64,000 nt of DNA, from positions 1,254-65,253 of the forward strand of contig JAYTOX010000055.1 of the NCBI GenBank assembly GCA_043747595.1, in the 5' to 3' direction. Within the stretch, counting starts at the first letter, position 1; each line of letters starts with the position of its first letter. Source of the DNA: Bacteroidota bacterium (GTDB lineage Bacteria; Bacteroidota; Bacteroidia; AKYH767-A; 2013-40CM-41-45). Positions 39,782 to 50,056 of the stretch are shown here, one piece after another. Made by a program: the position numbers and the translations under genes. The notes beneath the pieces were generated by a model, which saw only the letters and a list, made by a program, of their open reading frames with translations, did not search any database and was not told where the DNA came from.

Positions 39782-40297
39782 TTGAAGCAGATGCAAAAAA
39801 TCGGTTTGCTTTCAGACACACACGGCTATGTTGATCCGCGCATTTATCATCACTTCAAAGACTGCGATCAAATTTGGCATGCAGGCGACTTTGGTGACGA
39901 AAGTGTTTCGGCAGAGTTAAGCAAGTTTAAATCATTCAAAGGAGTTTACGGTAATATAGATGGAACAAATATTCGTTTGTTGCATCCTCAAGATCTTTTT
40001 TTTGAATGTGAAGGGATGAAAATATTTATCACACACATTGGAGGTTATCCGGGCAATTATTACCCGGAAGCGGCGCAGAAAATAGCAACATTAAAACCCG
40101 ATCTTTTCATTTGCGGACATTCACATATTTTAAAAGTGATGCCCGATAAGAAGAATGATCTCTTGCATATGAATCCGGGAGCAGCCGGAAAGCACGGCTT
40201 TCACAAGATCAGAACCATACTTCGTTTTACTATTGAAGAAGGAAAAGTAAAAGATTTAGACGCAATCGAGTTAGGATTACGCGGAACAATTGAATAA
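39782..40297 (+). CDS. Metallophosphoesterase (YfcE/MJ0936 family)
   Basis: The motifs DTHG, GD and GHSH are characteristic of the calcineurin-like phosphoesterase superfamily. The product is 171 aa. Confidence 0.85.
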   Translation: MKQMQKIGLLSDTHGYVDPRIYHHFKDCDQIWHAGDFGDESVSAELSKFKSFKGVYGNIDGTNIRLLHPQDLFFECEGMKIFITHIGGYPGNYYPEAAQKIATLKPDLFICGHSHILKVMPDKKNDLLHMNPGAAGKHGFHKIRTILRFTIEEGKVKDLDAIELGLRGTIE

Positions 40298-40317
40298 AGA
40301 GATTTTTATTGAATTGT

Positions 40318-40833
40318 TTATCGCAAGCGATCGGCAGAACGAACTAGCTCCTCATCTCTTTTAATAAATCGGACAGCCAAGAAAAGGAAGACGATTCCGA
40401 TGATTGGAAAATAACTTCCATAGAGATAATGAACTTTTGCATTAGTAGTTGACGAAACTGCATCGGCAGAAAAGAAAACTAATCCAAGAAAAATACAATT
40501 TAACAAAAGCGCAAGGTTCGAAACTCTGATTTGGAGGTTTCTCTTTTTAAATAGAAATACACCGAGTAATGCCAGAACACCAACTGCACCGTTAATCAAG
40601 GCCAGAATAGCGCTGCTGAAAATAGTAAACCGTTTGTTCTGAACTTGTCCGTCGATGGCAATTGATGCATCAGTACCGATAGGGTCTGAAGCGGGTGCAG
40701 AAACCGCAGTTGAGGTTTGTTCTTGAGCCAATTCGTAAATTGGAAGGTACATGAGGGCTACACACAACAGTAGGGTAGCTAGTAAAAAAAGTGTTTGAAC
40801 TCTTTGTAGCATATTCTTGGATTGAGAGGGCAA
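40318..40833 (-). CDS. Membrane protein (DUF4293-like), upstream of rho as commonly seen in Bacteroidota
   Basis: Four transmembrane helices. The synteny with rho is recalled from Bacteroides genomes and has not been searched. Confidence 0.5.
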   Translation of the reverse strand: MPSQSKNMLQRVQTLFLLATLLLCVALMYLPIYELAQEQTSTAVSAPASDPIGTDASIAIDGQVQNKRFTIFSSAILALINGAVGVLALLGVFLFKKRNLQIRVSNLALLLNCIFLGLVFFSADAVSSTTNAKVHYLYGSYFPIIGIVFLFLAVRFIKRDEELVRSADRLR

Positions 40834-41130
40834 ATTAAAGAAATAACCTGAAAAGAAGTGATAAATAAACGAACGAAAAAGAGAAAAGTACTGTTGAAAA
40901 TATTTTGTGCTTTATTTGTATGTTATCGTATTATTCCATATTATTGTCGTGAAATTCAAAACCGAGCTAGGTTTTTTATTTATCCAACCCGGAATTTCCC
41001 CTTTGATTTATCGAGTAATGTCCTTTAAAAAGGCAAATCTTAAATTTTATTGCAATAGCTGCATCTATATTCCCCAACAAACAAACAACATCTATTTATT
41101 AAAAGTAGACCAACAACCACATAGTTTTTC

Positions 41131-42906
41131 ATGTTCGATATCGTTGAATTAAATTCTAAACTCGTTAGTGAGTTAAAAGAAATTGCCCGCTTAATGAATA
41201 TTTCAAAGTCAGATGACTTCAAAAAGCAAGAATTAATTTATAAAATTTTAGACCAACAGGCACTCCACCCCGATTCTACAAAATCGATTCGTGATGCAAT
41301 TGTTCCAAAAGCAACAATCAAAACTGCTAAAGTTGAAATGAAAGAAGAAGAAAGTATTCCTGAAAAACCTAGTAATGCTGATGCATCGTCCTCAAGACAA
41401 AGTAATGCTGATGCATCGTCATCAAGGCAAAGTATTGCTGATGCATCGTCAGCAAGGCAAAAGAGAAAAAGAGTTTCTCCACTAGAGGAGTCTGAATCAA
41501 AAAAAGAACCGATCGTTCTGGAGCCTAGTGTAAAAACACCTCCTATTCGGCAGACACCACAGGTTTCTGCACCAGTTGCAGAGAACAATGTAAGTTCAGA
41601 ACCGGCACAGCGTCCGGTACATGTGAGTAAACCATTTGTTAAAAATGAATTTGAAAGACCAGTTGCTCCGCAAAATGCGTACAACAACTTACCTTCAAAT
41701 CCTTCACCCAATTCTTCTAATTCTTCTAATCCTTCATTTCGCCAACCACAACCTCGAAGAGATAATGTGGCCGTGGAAGCTCCTATTGATCCTGACACAT
41801 TGATTGCTGTGGATGGTGTATTAGAAATTATGCCCGACGGATTTGGCTTTTTACGTTCAAGCGATTTTAATTATTTAACTTCTCCTGATGATGTATATGT
41901 AAATCAACAGCAGATAAAAGCTTTCGGATTAAAAACCGGCGATACTGTTCATGGGTATGTTCGTCCTCCACGTGAAGGCGAAAAATATTTTCCTTTTGTA
42001 AAAGTTGAATATATCAATGGACTTGATCCGGCAATTGTACGCGATAGAATTCATTTTGATTATCTCACACCGTTATTCCCTTATCAAAAATTAAATTTGA
42101 GTGGCGACAAATCGAATTATTCTACTCGAATAATGGATATGTTCACACCAATAGGAAAAGGACAGCGTGGATTGATAGTTGCCCAACCAAAAACGGGTAA
42201 GACTATGTTATTAAAAGATGTTGCGAATGCAATTGCAGCAAATCATCCGGAAGTTTACATGATTATTTTATTGATCGATGAGCGTCCGGAAGAGGTAACA
42301 GACATGGCTAGAAGTGTAAATGCAGAAGTTGTTGCTTCAACATTTGATGAGCCTGCAGAACGACATGTAAAAATTGCCAATATCGTTTTAGAAAAAGCTA
42401 AGCGATTAGTAGAGTGTGGTCATGATGTAGTTATTCTTTTAGATTCGATTACTCGTTTGGCACGTGCTTACAATACTGTAGCCCCTGCAAGTGGTAAAGT
42501 ATTATCGGGTGGTGTGGAAGCAAATGCTTTGCACAAACCAAAAAGATTTTTCGGTTCCGCTCGTAAGATCGAGAATGGAGGAAGTCTCACGATTATAGCA
42601 ACCGCGCTTATCGATACAGGATCAAGAATGGATGAGGTTATCTTTGAAGAATTCAAAGGAACAGGAAATATGGAACTTCAGTTAGATCGTAAGATTTCCA
42701 ACAAACGCCTCTTCCCAGCCATCGATTTAGTAGCATCTAGTACACGTAGAGAAGATATGTTGCTCGATAAAGAAATGATGCAGCGAATGTGGATCTTAAG
42801 AAACCACTTAGCTGACATGAATCCGTTAGAAGCGATGGAGTTTATACTCGACAGAATGAGAGGAACTAAATCGAACGAGGAGTTTTTAGTTTCGATGAAC
42901 GGTTAA
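41131..42906 (+). CDS. rho: Transcription termination factor Rho with a large N-terminal insertion domain
   Basis: The Rho_N helix bundle is at the N-terminus and the CSD-like RNA-binding region has the GFGFLR motif. Walker A is GKT. The RecA-like C-terminus is present. A disordered insert of about 170 aa includes three copies of [10 protein letters not shown]. Confidence 0.9.
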   Translation: MFDIVELNSKLVSELKEIARLMNISKSDDFKKQELIYKILDQQALHPDSTKSIRDAIVPKATIKTAKVEMKEEESIPEKPSNADASSSRQSNADASSSRQSIADASSARQKRKRVSPLEESESKKEPIVLEPSVKTPPIRQTPQVSAPVAENNVSSEPAQRPVHVSKPFVKNEFERPVAPQNAYNNLPSNPSPNSSNSSNPSFRQPQPRRDNVAVEAPIDPDTLIAVDGVLEIMPDGFGFLRSSDFNYLTSPDDVYVNQQQIKAFGLKTGDTVHGYVRPPREGEKYFPFVKVEYINGLDPAIVRDRIHFDYLTPLFPYQKLNLSGDKSNYSTRIMDMFTPIGKGQRGLIVAQPKTGKTMLLKDVANAIAANHPEVYMIILLIDERPEEVTDMARSVNAEVVASTFDEPAERHVKIANIVLEKAKRLVECGHDVVILLDSITRLARAYNTVAPASGKVLSGGVEANALHKPKRFFGSARKIENGGSLTIIATALIDTGSRMDEVIFEEFKGTGNMELQLDRKISNKRLFPAIDLVASSTRREDMLLDKEMMQRMWILRNHLADMNPLEAMEFILDRMRGTKSNEEFLVSMNG

Positions 42907-42932
42907 ATCTAACCAAACTATTGCAATCAAAT

Positions 42933-43592
42933 TTATTGCATCGAGCCGGAAAGGATTATTTCTTTTCCGGCTTTTTCATTCTTTGCAGTTTGTAACATTG
43001 CTGCAGCAACTTTGGAAACATGAATACCTCTGTAATTTTTTAAAGGCCCAATAAAAAGAAATGAAATGGCTTTAAATAAAATAATAGCAAACTTCTCTCC
43101 TGCCCTTTTCTCTTTTCTATTTCCTAAAAGTAATGACGGTCGAAAAAACGAAATTGCAGGAATCGATAATTTAGAAATGTCTTTTTCGACATCGCCTTTC
43201 ACTTGATTATAAAAAATAGAAGATGATGAGTCTGCTCCCATTGCAGTGATCATGAGAAAATGTTTCACCTGATTTTTTTCAGCCCACTTCGCAAGTGTAA
43301 GTGGGAATAAATAGTCAACTTTTTTAAATGCTTCTTTAGAACCGGCCACTTTAATAGTCGTTCCCAAACAACAAAATGCAACATCAACATCCGTGATGTT
43401 CGCTAATTCATTAGCGAGATTATTAAAATCAACAATTACTTCTTTAAGCTTAGAATTAGAATTCGTGGTTGCTTTTCTAACGACAGAATATATCATAGAA
43501 AAATTAGAATCATCCAATAATAATTTCAACAATTCAGAACCTACCAAACCTGACGAACCTACTATTAATGCTATTTTTCTTTCCCGGTTCAT
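42933..43592 (-). CDS. NAD(P)H-binding protein (atypical SDR/epimerase-like, YraR-type)
   Basis: An N-terminal Rossmann glycine motif GSSGLVG. The product is 219 aa. Confidence 0.75.
   Translation of the reverse strand: MNRERKIALIVGSSGLVGSELLKLLLDDSNFSMIYSVVRKATTNSNSKLKEVIVDFNNLANELANITDVDVAFCCLGTTIKVAGSKEAFKKVDYLFPLTLAKWAEKNQVKHFLMITAMGADSSSSIFYNQVKGDVEKDISKLSIPAISFFRPSLLLGNRKEKRAGEKFAIILFKAISFLFIGPLKNYRGIHVSKVAAAMLQTAKNEKAGKEIILSGSMQ
42945..42976 (+). terminator. Intrinsic terminator for rho, embedded in the 3' coding end of the convergent gene
   Basis: gccggaaa...tttccggc followed by TTTTT, beginning 39 nt after the rho stop. The same DNA encodes the last 12 codons of gene 42933-43592 on the minus strand. 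Confidence 0.5.
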
Positions 43593-43660
43593 GATTTATA
43601 CAATAAAAAGATTCGAAACAAAAATTAAAATAAGATTTGCTTTAGAACTAATCAAATTCA

Positions 43661-46144
43661 TTACGATGCATTCTTTTTAGAATCATCGTACTTTAGGTCG
43701 ATTGGTTTTTTAACTTTTTCTTTTGTAAGTGCCAGTTGAACAACTTCTATCATTTCAGAAACATAATGGAAACGCAACTGTTTTACATATACTTTTTTAA
43801 TTTCTTCAATGTCTTTGAAATTATCTTTCGAAAGAATAATGTCTTTGATCCCTGCTCTTTTCGCTGCTAGAATTTTTTCTTTGATTCCTCCTACCGGCAA
43901 TACTTTTCCACGGAGAGTTATCTCGCCAGTCATAGCTAAATGTGGCTTCACTTTCCTTTGAGTAAATGCTGAAGCGAGTGAAGTTAGCATGGTGATGCCG
44001 GCCGAAGGACCATCTTTGGGCGTTGCCCCTTCAGGAACGTGAATGTGAATATCCCATTGATCGAAAATTCGGTAATCGATTTTTAAATCTTCGCTATGTG
44101 CTTTCAAGTATGCCAACGCAATAATTGCCGATTCTTTCATTACCTCGCCAAGATTTCCGGTAATGGTCAATTTCCCCTTCCCTCTGCTTAGCGATGTTTC
44201 AACAAAAAGTATATCACCTCCTACCGATGTCCATGCTAAACCTGTAACGACACCTGCAACCTCATTCCCTTGATATTTATCGGCACTAAAAATTGAAGCG
44301 CCTAAAATTCTTGTGATATCTTTTTCTACAATATTAACATTGTACTTTTCTTCCATCGCCACCGATTTCGCAATACCTCTAATAAGTGAAGCTAATTTTT
44401 TTTCTAATCCACGTACTCCAGATTCTCGAGTATACTTATCAATTAAATATTCAATTAATGCCGATGAAATTTTCAAATGCGATTTTTTAAGTCCATGAGC
44501 CTCGAGCTGTTTAGGAATTAAATGCTTGATAGCAATTTCAACTTTCTCTTCAATTGTATAACCATTGATCTCAATAATCTCCATTCTATCGAGTAATGCA
44601 GGCTGAATTTTACTGAGCGAATTTGCAGTAGCTATAAAGAGCACATTCGAAAGATCGTAATCGATCTCTACATAATTATCATAGAACGTATTGTTTTGCT
44701 CCGGATCTAATACTTCGAGCAATGCTGATGAAGGGTCGCCGTGAAAATCATTACCGAGCTTATCAATTTCATCGAGAACAAAGATTGGGTTACTCGATTT
44801 AGCTTTTTTCAAATTCTGAATAATACGTCCCGGCATTGCACCGATATACGTTTTACGATGCCCTCTAATTTCTGCTTCGTCTCTTAATCCGCCCAACGAC
44901 ATTCGAACATATTTACGACCTAATGCTTTGGCGATTGATTTTCCAAGAGATGTTTTTCCAACTCCCGGAGGACCGTATAAACACATAATCGGAGATTTCA
45001 TATCACGCTTTAATTTCAATACGGCGAGATATTCAAGAATACGAGCTTTTACTTTTTCAAGACCATAATGATCTTTATCCAAAACTTTTTGCGCATGCTT
45101 AAGATCGAAATTGTCGTTCGTTAATTCATTCCACGGAAGATCAAGGAGCAATTCGAGATAATTTAAAATAACAGAATATTCAGCAGCAGCAGGATTCATT
45201 CGCGACAAACGGTCGGCTTCCTTTTGAAAAGTATCTGCTACTTCTTTACTCCACTTTTTAGTCTTTGCACGTTCTTTCAATTCAGCAACTTCTCTATCAG
45301 GAGTATTTCCACCAAGTTCTTCTTGAATAGTTCTGAGTTGCTGATTGAGAAAATATTCACGTTGTTGTTTGTCGATATCAACACGAACTTTACTTTGAAT
45401 CTGATTTTTCAGTTCCAACATTTGCAACTCTTTCGTTAAGTATTCGAGTACACGAGTTGAGCGTTCTTTATGATCGGCAATTTCCAGTAGCTCTTGTTTT
45501 TTTGCTACATCGAGATTCATATTTGAGCAAATAAAATTGATCAGAAAAGAATGACTTTCGATATTACGAATTGCAAAACCTGCATCGCTAGGAATATTAG
45601 GCGAGTGTTGAATAATTTGCAGAGCGAGATCTTTTAGAGAACCAACCAAGGCCATAAATTCTTTATCGGCTGTATTGGCAACTTGTTCAGGAAAAGGAAC
45701 AACCTTACAACGTATGTAAGGTTCAGTTTGTACGCACTCATCCAGTTTAAATCTTTTCTTCCCTTGTATTATGATGGTAGTATTACCATCCGGCATTCTC
45801 AACATTTTTATTACTTGCGCAACAGTACCAACTTGATTAAGATCAGCGAAAGTTGGATCTTCAACCGTTGTATCTTTTTGAGCAACTACGCCAATTATTT
45901 TATCGCCTTTGTAAGCGTCTTTAATTAAGTTGATCGATTTATCGCGCCCTACAGTGATAGGAATAACTACACCGGGAAATAAAACCGTATTTCGTAAAGG
46001 GAGAATTGATAGAACATCAGGGATACTTTGCTGATTCATTTGATCCTCGTCTTCTTGAGAAAGCAAGGGAATAAATTCAGTATCGTCGTCGATAATATTT
46101 GAAAGATCGAGCGCGTTTATTTTGGATGGATTTTCTGAAAACAT
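43661..46144 (-). CDS. lon: ATP-dependent protease La (Lon)
   Basis: A LON N-domain, AAA+ Walker A (GPPGVGKTS) and the S16 protease catalytic region ([10 protein letters not shown]). The product is 827 aa. Confidence 0.95.
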   Translation of the reverse strand: MFSENPSKINALDLSNIIDDDTEFIPLLSQEDEDQMNQQSIPDVLSILPLRNTVLFPGVVIPITVGRDKSINLIKDAYKGDKIIGVVAQKDTTVEDPTFADLNQVGTVAQVIKMLRMPDGNTTIIIQGKKRFKLDECVQTEPYIRCKVVPFPEQVANTADKEFMALVGSLKDLALQIIQHSPNIPSDAGFAIRNIESHSFLINFICSNMNLDVAKKQELLEIADHKERSTRVLEYLTKELQMLELKNQIQSKVRVDIDKQQREYFLNQQLRTIQEELGGNTPDREVAELKERAKTKKWSKEVADTFQKEADRLSRMNPAAAEYSVILNYLELLLDLPWNELTNDNFDLKHAQKVLDKDHYGLEKVKARILEYLAVLKLKRDMKSPIMCLYGPPGVGKTSLGKSIAKALGRKYVRMSLGGLRDEAEIRGHRKTYIGAMPGRIIQNLKKAKSSNPIFVLDEIDKLGNDFHGDPSSALLEVLDPEQNNTFYDNYVEIDYDLSNVLFIATANSLSKIQPALLDRMEIIEINGYTIEEKVEIAIKHLIPKQLEAHGLKKSHLKISSALIEYLIDKYTRESGVRGLEKKLASLIRGIAKSVAMEEKYNVNIVEKDITRILGASIFSADKYQGNEVAGVVTGLAWTSVGGDILFVETSLSRGKGKLTITGNLGEVMKESAIIALAYLKAHSEDLKIDYRIFDQWDIHIHVPEGATPKDGPSAGITMLTSLASAFTQRKVKPHLAMTGEITLRGKVLPVGGIKEKILAAKRAGIKDIILSKDNFKDIEEIKKVYVKQLRFHYVSEMIEVVQLALTKEKVKKPIDLKYDDSKKNAS

Positions 46145-46388
46145 ATTGTGTTGGCGAAGGTAATGAACGACAATCTGACAGAAAAATTATTTCTCAATCA
46201 ATTTCGTTCGTGCATGGGGGAAGGTCGAAATTCGTGCCATAAGCAGATTTATGCCAAAATAACCATCCAAAAAAGGCAAATTAAACACACAAAATATACT
46301 CACCTGTTTATCATATCCTTAGAATCCAATATAGGTCACTTCCTTCTTGGCGAATCCCCTAGAATCACTTAGGTTTGCACCACTTATT

Positions 46389-47588
46389 ATGGAACAATCT
46401 GCCTTATCTCACCGCGTACTTTCATTAGCTGAAAGCCAAACAATTGGAATGTCAAAACGCAGTCGTGAATTATCAGCTCAGGGAGTTGATGTGATCAATT
46501 TGTCGTTAGGCGAACCCGATTTTGTAACGCCTGCTCATATTTGTGCCGCTGCCAAAAAAGCAATTGACGATGGATATACATTTTATCCTCCGATTGCCGG
46601 GTATGCAGAATTACGAAAAGCTATTTCCGATAAATTTAAACGAGAGAACAATCTTGAATATAAACCGGATCAGGTAGTAGTATCGACAGGTGCAAAACAG
46701 AGCATTGCTAATGTTGTGTTGAGTTTGGTAGATCCGGGCGATGAAGTAATAATTCCGATGCCTTTTTGGGTGAGTTATATTGAAATCGTAAAACTGGCAG
46801 AAGGAAAAACAATAAGCATAACAACCGACCTAAAGTCAGATTTTAAAATAACTCCAGAACAATTACAAGCAGCGATAACAGCAAAAACGAAGATGTTTAT
46901 TTTTTCTTCGCCATGTAATCCGACCGGTACTGTTTATACAAAAGAAGAACTACTAGGACTTGCAAAAGTGTTAGCAAAGCATCCAAGAATAATTATTTTA
47001 TCGGATGAAATTTATGAGCACATTAATTTTTTGGACGAGCATCAAAGCATTGCACAATTTGATTTCATTAAACCACAAGTTGTGATCGTTAATGGTGTTT
47101 CAAAAGGTTATGCAATGACAGGATGGCGAATAGGTTACATAGGAGCGCCAAAATATATTGCTGAAGCATGCGACAAGATGCAAGGACAATTTACATCTGC
47201 AGCAAGTTCAATAGCACAGAAAGCAGCCGAAGCTGCATTGAATGAAAGCAATAAACCTACACTCGACATGCAGGCTGCGTTTAGACGCAGAAGAGATCTA
47301 GTTTTAGATTTGATGAAAGATATTCCGGGTTGGAAAATTAATGAACCGAAAGGCGCATTTTATGTTTTCCCTGATATAAGTTTTTATTTTGGAAAATCAG
47401 ATGGTTCTACACTAGTAAAAAACAGTACAGACCTATGTATGTATTTACTACATGAAGGACATGTAAGTTTGGTTACCGGCGATGCATTCGGCGAACCAAA
47501 TTGTCTGCGTTTTTCATATGCAACTTCCGATGATAAACTTATCGAAGCCATTAAACGAATTAAGAATACACTTAGTAAATTAAAATAA
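46389..47588 (+). CDS. Pyridoxal-phosphate-dependent aminotransferase class I (aspartate aminotransferase-like)
   Basis: The PLP lysine region SKGYAMTGWRIGY is present. The start is taken at the internal ATG (MEQSALS...), since the ORF-track start at 46347 adds an unlikely leader. Confidence 0.85.
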   Translation: MEQSALSHRVLSLAESQTIGMSKRSRELSAQGVDVINLSLGEPDFVTPAHICAAAKKAIDDGYTFYPPIAGYAELRKAISDKFKRENNLEYKPDQVVVSTGAKQSIANVVLSLVDPGDEVIIPMPFWVSYIEIVKLAEGKTISITTDLKSDFKITPEQLQAAITAKTKMFIFSSPCNPTGTVYTKEELLGLAKVLAKHPRIIILSDEIYEHINFLDEHQSIAQFDFIKPQVVIVNGVSKGYAMTGWRIGYIGAPKYIAEACDKMQGQFTSAASSIAQKAAEAALNESNKPTLDMQAAFRRRRDLVLDLMKDIPGWKINEPKGAFYVFPDISFYFGKSDGSTLVKNSTDLCMYLLHEGHVSLVTGDAFGEPNCLRFSYATSDDKLIEAIKRIKNTLSKLK

Positions 47589-47600
47589 AATTTTACTTGC

Positions 47601-48599
47601 GTGAAAACAAAAACGCTCAACGAACTCTTTGCAGCCTTTGATAAGTTAAACGTACTTATTATTGGAGATGTGATGCTCGATAATTATTTGTGGGGGAAAG
47701 TCGATCGCATATCGCCTGAGGCTCCTGTACCGATAGTAAGTATACAAAAGAAAGAAAGTCGTTTAGGCGGCGCTGCCAATGTTGCAATAAATGTAAAAGC
47801 ATTAGGAGCGAATCCGATTTTATGTTCAGTAATTGGAAATGATTTAAACGGGCGACTGTTTATTGAGTTATTACAGAATATCAATTTAAGTTCAGATGGG
47901 ATTTTTCAGAGTACAGAACGCGCAACAACAGTTAAAACGCGAGTGATTGGAAACAATCATCAGATGTTACGTGTTGATGAAGAACAAGACGAAGAGATTA
48001 ATGTAACAGATCGCAAGCAATTATTAAACAGAATCGCCAATATTATTTCTAAGAAAAAAATTGATGTAATAATTTTTGAAGATTATGATAAAGGAGTTCT
48101 TGGAAAATCGTTAATTGAATCGGTAGTAAAACTTGCACGACAGAAAGGCATACCTACTGCTGTAGATCCAAAGAAGAAAAATTTCAACCATTATAAAAAT
48201 GTGACACTTTTCAAACCCAATTTAAAAGAACTTAGAGAAGGAATGAAAATAGATTTAGACAAAGACCATTTAGATAGTATCAGTAAAGCTGCAAACAAAT
48301 TAAACAAAGATCATAAGATTGATATTTCGTTAATAACACTTTCAGAAAAAGGAGTTTATATTCTTGACGAAAAGAATGAAAAAATTATTCCTGCGCATGT
48401 GCGTACGATTGCCGATGTTTCAGGAGCAGGTGATACAGTGATAAGCGTAGCAGCCCTTTGTTTAGCATTAGAAACCAGCTCAACACTCTTGGCATCGCTT
48501 TCTAATTTAGCAGGCGGATTAGTTTGCGAAAAAGTAGGAGTAGCACCAATAGAAAAGCAACAATTGCTTCATGAAGCAAAGCGATTAAAAATAGATTAA
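47601..48599 (+). CDS. PfkB-family sugar kinase, RfaE/HldE domain-I-like (D-glycero-beta-D-manno-heptose-7-phosphate kinase)
   Basis: The N-terminus VLIIGDVMLDNYLWGKVDRISPEAPVP is typical of RfaE domain I. The GAGD motif is near the C-terminus. Confidence 0.75.
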   Translation: MKTKTLNELFAAFDKLNVLIIGDVMLDNYLWGKVDRISPEAPVPIVSIQKKESRLGGAANVAINVKALGANPILCSVIGNDLNGRLFIELLQNINLSSDGIFQSTERATTVKTRVIGNNHQMLRVDEEQDEEINVTDRKQLLNRIANIISKKKIDVIIFEDYDKGVLGKSLIESVVKLARQKGIPTAVDPKKKNFNHYKNVTLFKPNLKELREGMKIDLDKDHLDSISKAANKLNKDHKIDISLITLSEKGVYILDEKNEKIIPAHVRTIADVSGAGDTVISVAALCLALETSSTLLASLSNLAGGLVCEKVGVAPIEKQQLLHEAKRLKID

Positions 48600-48602
48600 G
48601 GC

Positions 48603-49328
48603 TTGGAAAATATAACTCCGTACAAAGATTCATCACAAGAAAAAAAGAAGCAGATTGCAACAATGTTTAATAACATTGCATGGCGCTACGATTTTTTAAA
48701 TCATTTTTTGTCATTTGGAACAGATCGTTTTTGGAGATCGAAAGCGATTAATCTTTTAAAAAAAGAACAACCAAAACTTATCTTAGACATAGCAACAGGC
48801 ACAGCAGATTTGGCGCTTGCAGCAATGAAATTGAATCCCGAAAAAATATTTGGTGTCGATATTTCTATCGATATGCTAGCAATAGGCCGAGAGAAGATTA
48901 AAAAGAAGAATTTATCGGATAAAATTGAGTTATTGGAAGGAGATTCGGAAGCACTGATTTTCGAAGACAATAAATTTGATGCAGTAACCGTTGCATTTGG
49001 GGTACGGAATTTTCAGAATTTAGAAAAAGGATTGAGCGAGATTTATCGGGTAACAAAACCAGGAGGAACAGCATTGATATTGGAATTTTCGCAACCTCAA
49101 AACAAATTGATCAAATCGTTATACACATTTTATTCTAGCAAAATAACACCTAAAATTGGAAAAGCCATTTCAAAAGATGATGCAGCGTATGCCTATTTGC
49201 ATGAGTCTGTATCGGCCTTTCCTTATGGAAAAAAATTTACCGACCTTCTCATAAAAGCCGGCTTTACGGAAACTAAAATCACTCCCCTCACGTTTGGAGT
49301 AGCAACCATCTATTTAGCAAAAAAGTAA
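48603..49328 (+). CDS. ubiE: Demethylmenaquinone / ubiquinone C-methyltransferase
   Basis: The SAM-binding motif I is LDIATGTADL. The MenG/UbiE-typical N-terminus (MFNNIAWRYDFLN) is present. Confidence 0.9.
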   Translation: MENITPYKDSSQEKKKQIATMFNNIAWRYDFLNHFLSFGTDRFWRSKAINLLKKEQPKLILDIATGTADLALAAMKLNPEKIFGVDISIDMLAIGREKIKKKNLSDKIELLEGDSEALIFEDNKFDAVTVAFGVRNFQNLEKGLSEIYRVTKPGGTALILEFSQPQNKLIKSLYTFYSSKITPKIGKAISKDDAAYAYLHESVSAFPYGKKFTDLLIKAGFTETKITPLTFGVATIYLAKK

Positions 49329-49333
49329 TTTAC

Positions 49334-50047
49334 ATGAAAGTATCATATCGTTTTCTTTTAGCACTCATAATTATCTGCTTGCCTACAATTACAAAGGCAC
49401 AGTTAGATAATCAGCCTGTTAATTTGCCGAAATATGATTTTCAGAGAATACATTTTGGATTCGCATTAGGAATTAACTCAGCCGATTTTGTAATACGCAA
49501 GACCGGAAATTTTAATACGCTCGACACTATTTACAAAATTGAATCATCTCCTGCCGCCGGATTAAATTTGTCTATTTTAGCTAACCTACGTATAGGACAA
49601 TATTTCGACCTTCGATTTATTCCAACATTATCATTTGCATCAAGGAATCTTACATACAGTTTACTTTACAAAGACAGTGCATCGCTTGAAAAAACTAAAA
49701 TAGTAGAATCAACTTTTTTAGAATTTCCAATTGAACTTAAATTTAAATCGAAGCGAGTAAATAATTATCGTGCTTATGTTTTAGCCGGTTTTAAATATGA
49801 CATCGACATGGTTTCGCAAGCCAAAGTAAGAGCATTAGATAAAGATATTGTAAAACTTCATAACAACGATTACGGCTATGAAGTTGGACTTGGTTTTGAT
49901 TTTTACATGACGTATTTTAAGTTCTCGCCCGAAATAAAAATGTTCACTGGAATGAGAAATCTTTTAGTCCCAGAGAGTTCAATTTATGCAAGTCCGATAG
50001 ACGCTTTATATTCTAAAACATTTACAGTAAGCTTAACATTTGAATAA
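49334..50047 (+). CDS. Outer-membrane beta-barrel protein (PorT-like family)
   Basis: A signal peptide and a roughly 8-strand barrel-like pattern ending in F. The position next to ubiE matches the porT arrangement as I recall it in Bacteroidota. The family call is tentative. Confidence 0.5.
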   Translation: MKVSYRFLLALIIICLPTITKAQLDNQPVNLPKYDFQRIHFGFALGINSADFVIRKTGNFNTLDTIYKIESSPAAGLNLSILANLRIGQYFDLRFIPTLSFASRNLTYSLLYKDSASLEKTKIVESTFLEFPIELKFKSKRVNNYRAYVLAGFKYDIDMVSQAKVRALDKDIVKLHNNDYGYEVGLGFDFYMTYFKFSPEIKMFTGMRNLLVPESSIYASPIDALYSKTFTVSLTFE

Positions 50048-50056
50048 AAATAACTA

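Noticed and set aside
41238-41798. 186-aa antisense ORF inside rho
   Set aside because: It is antisense to the conserved rho insertion-domain region. Its Gly/Ser/Cys-rich composition mirrors the sense-strand Ser/Ala/Pro codons, so it is spurious.
46148-46372. 74-aa ORF in the lon/aminotransferase divergent intergenic region
   Set aside because: It occupies the divergent promoter region and has an arbitrary composition. It is more likely non-coding promoter DNA.
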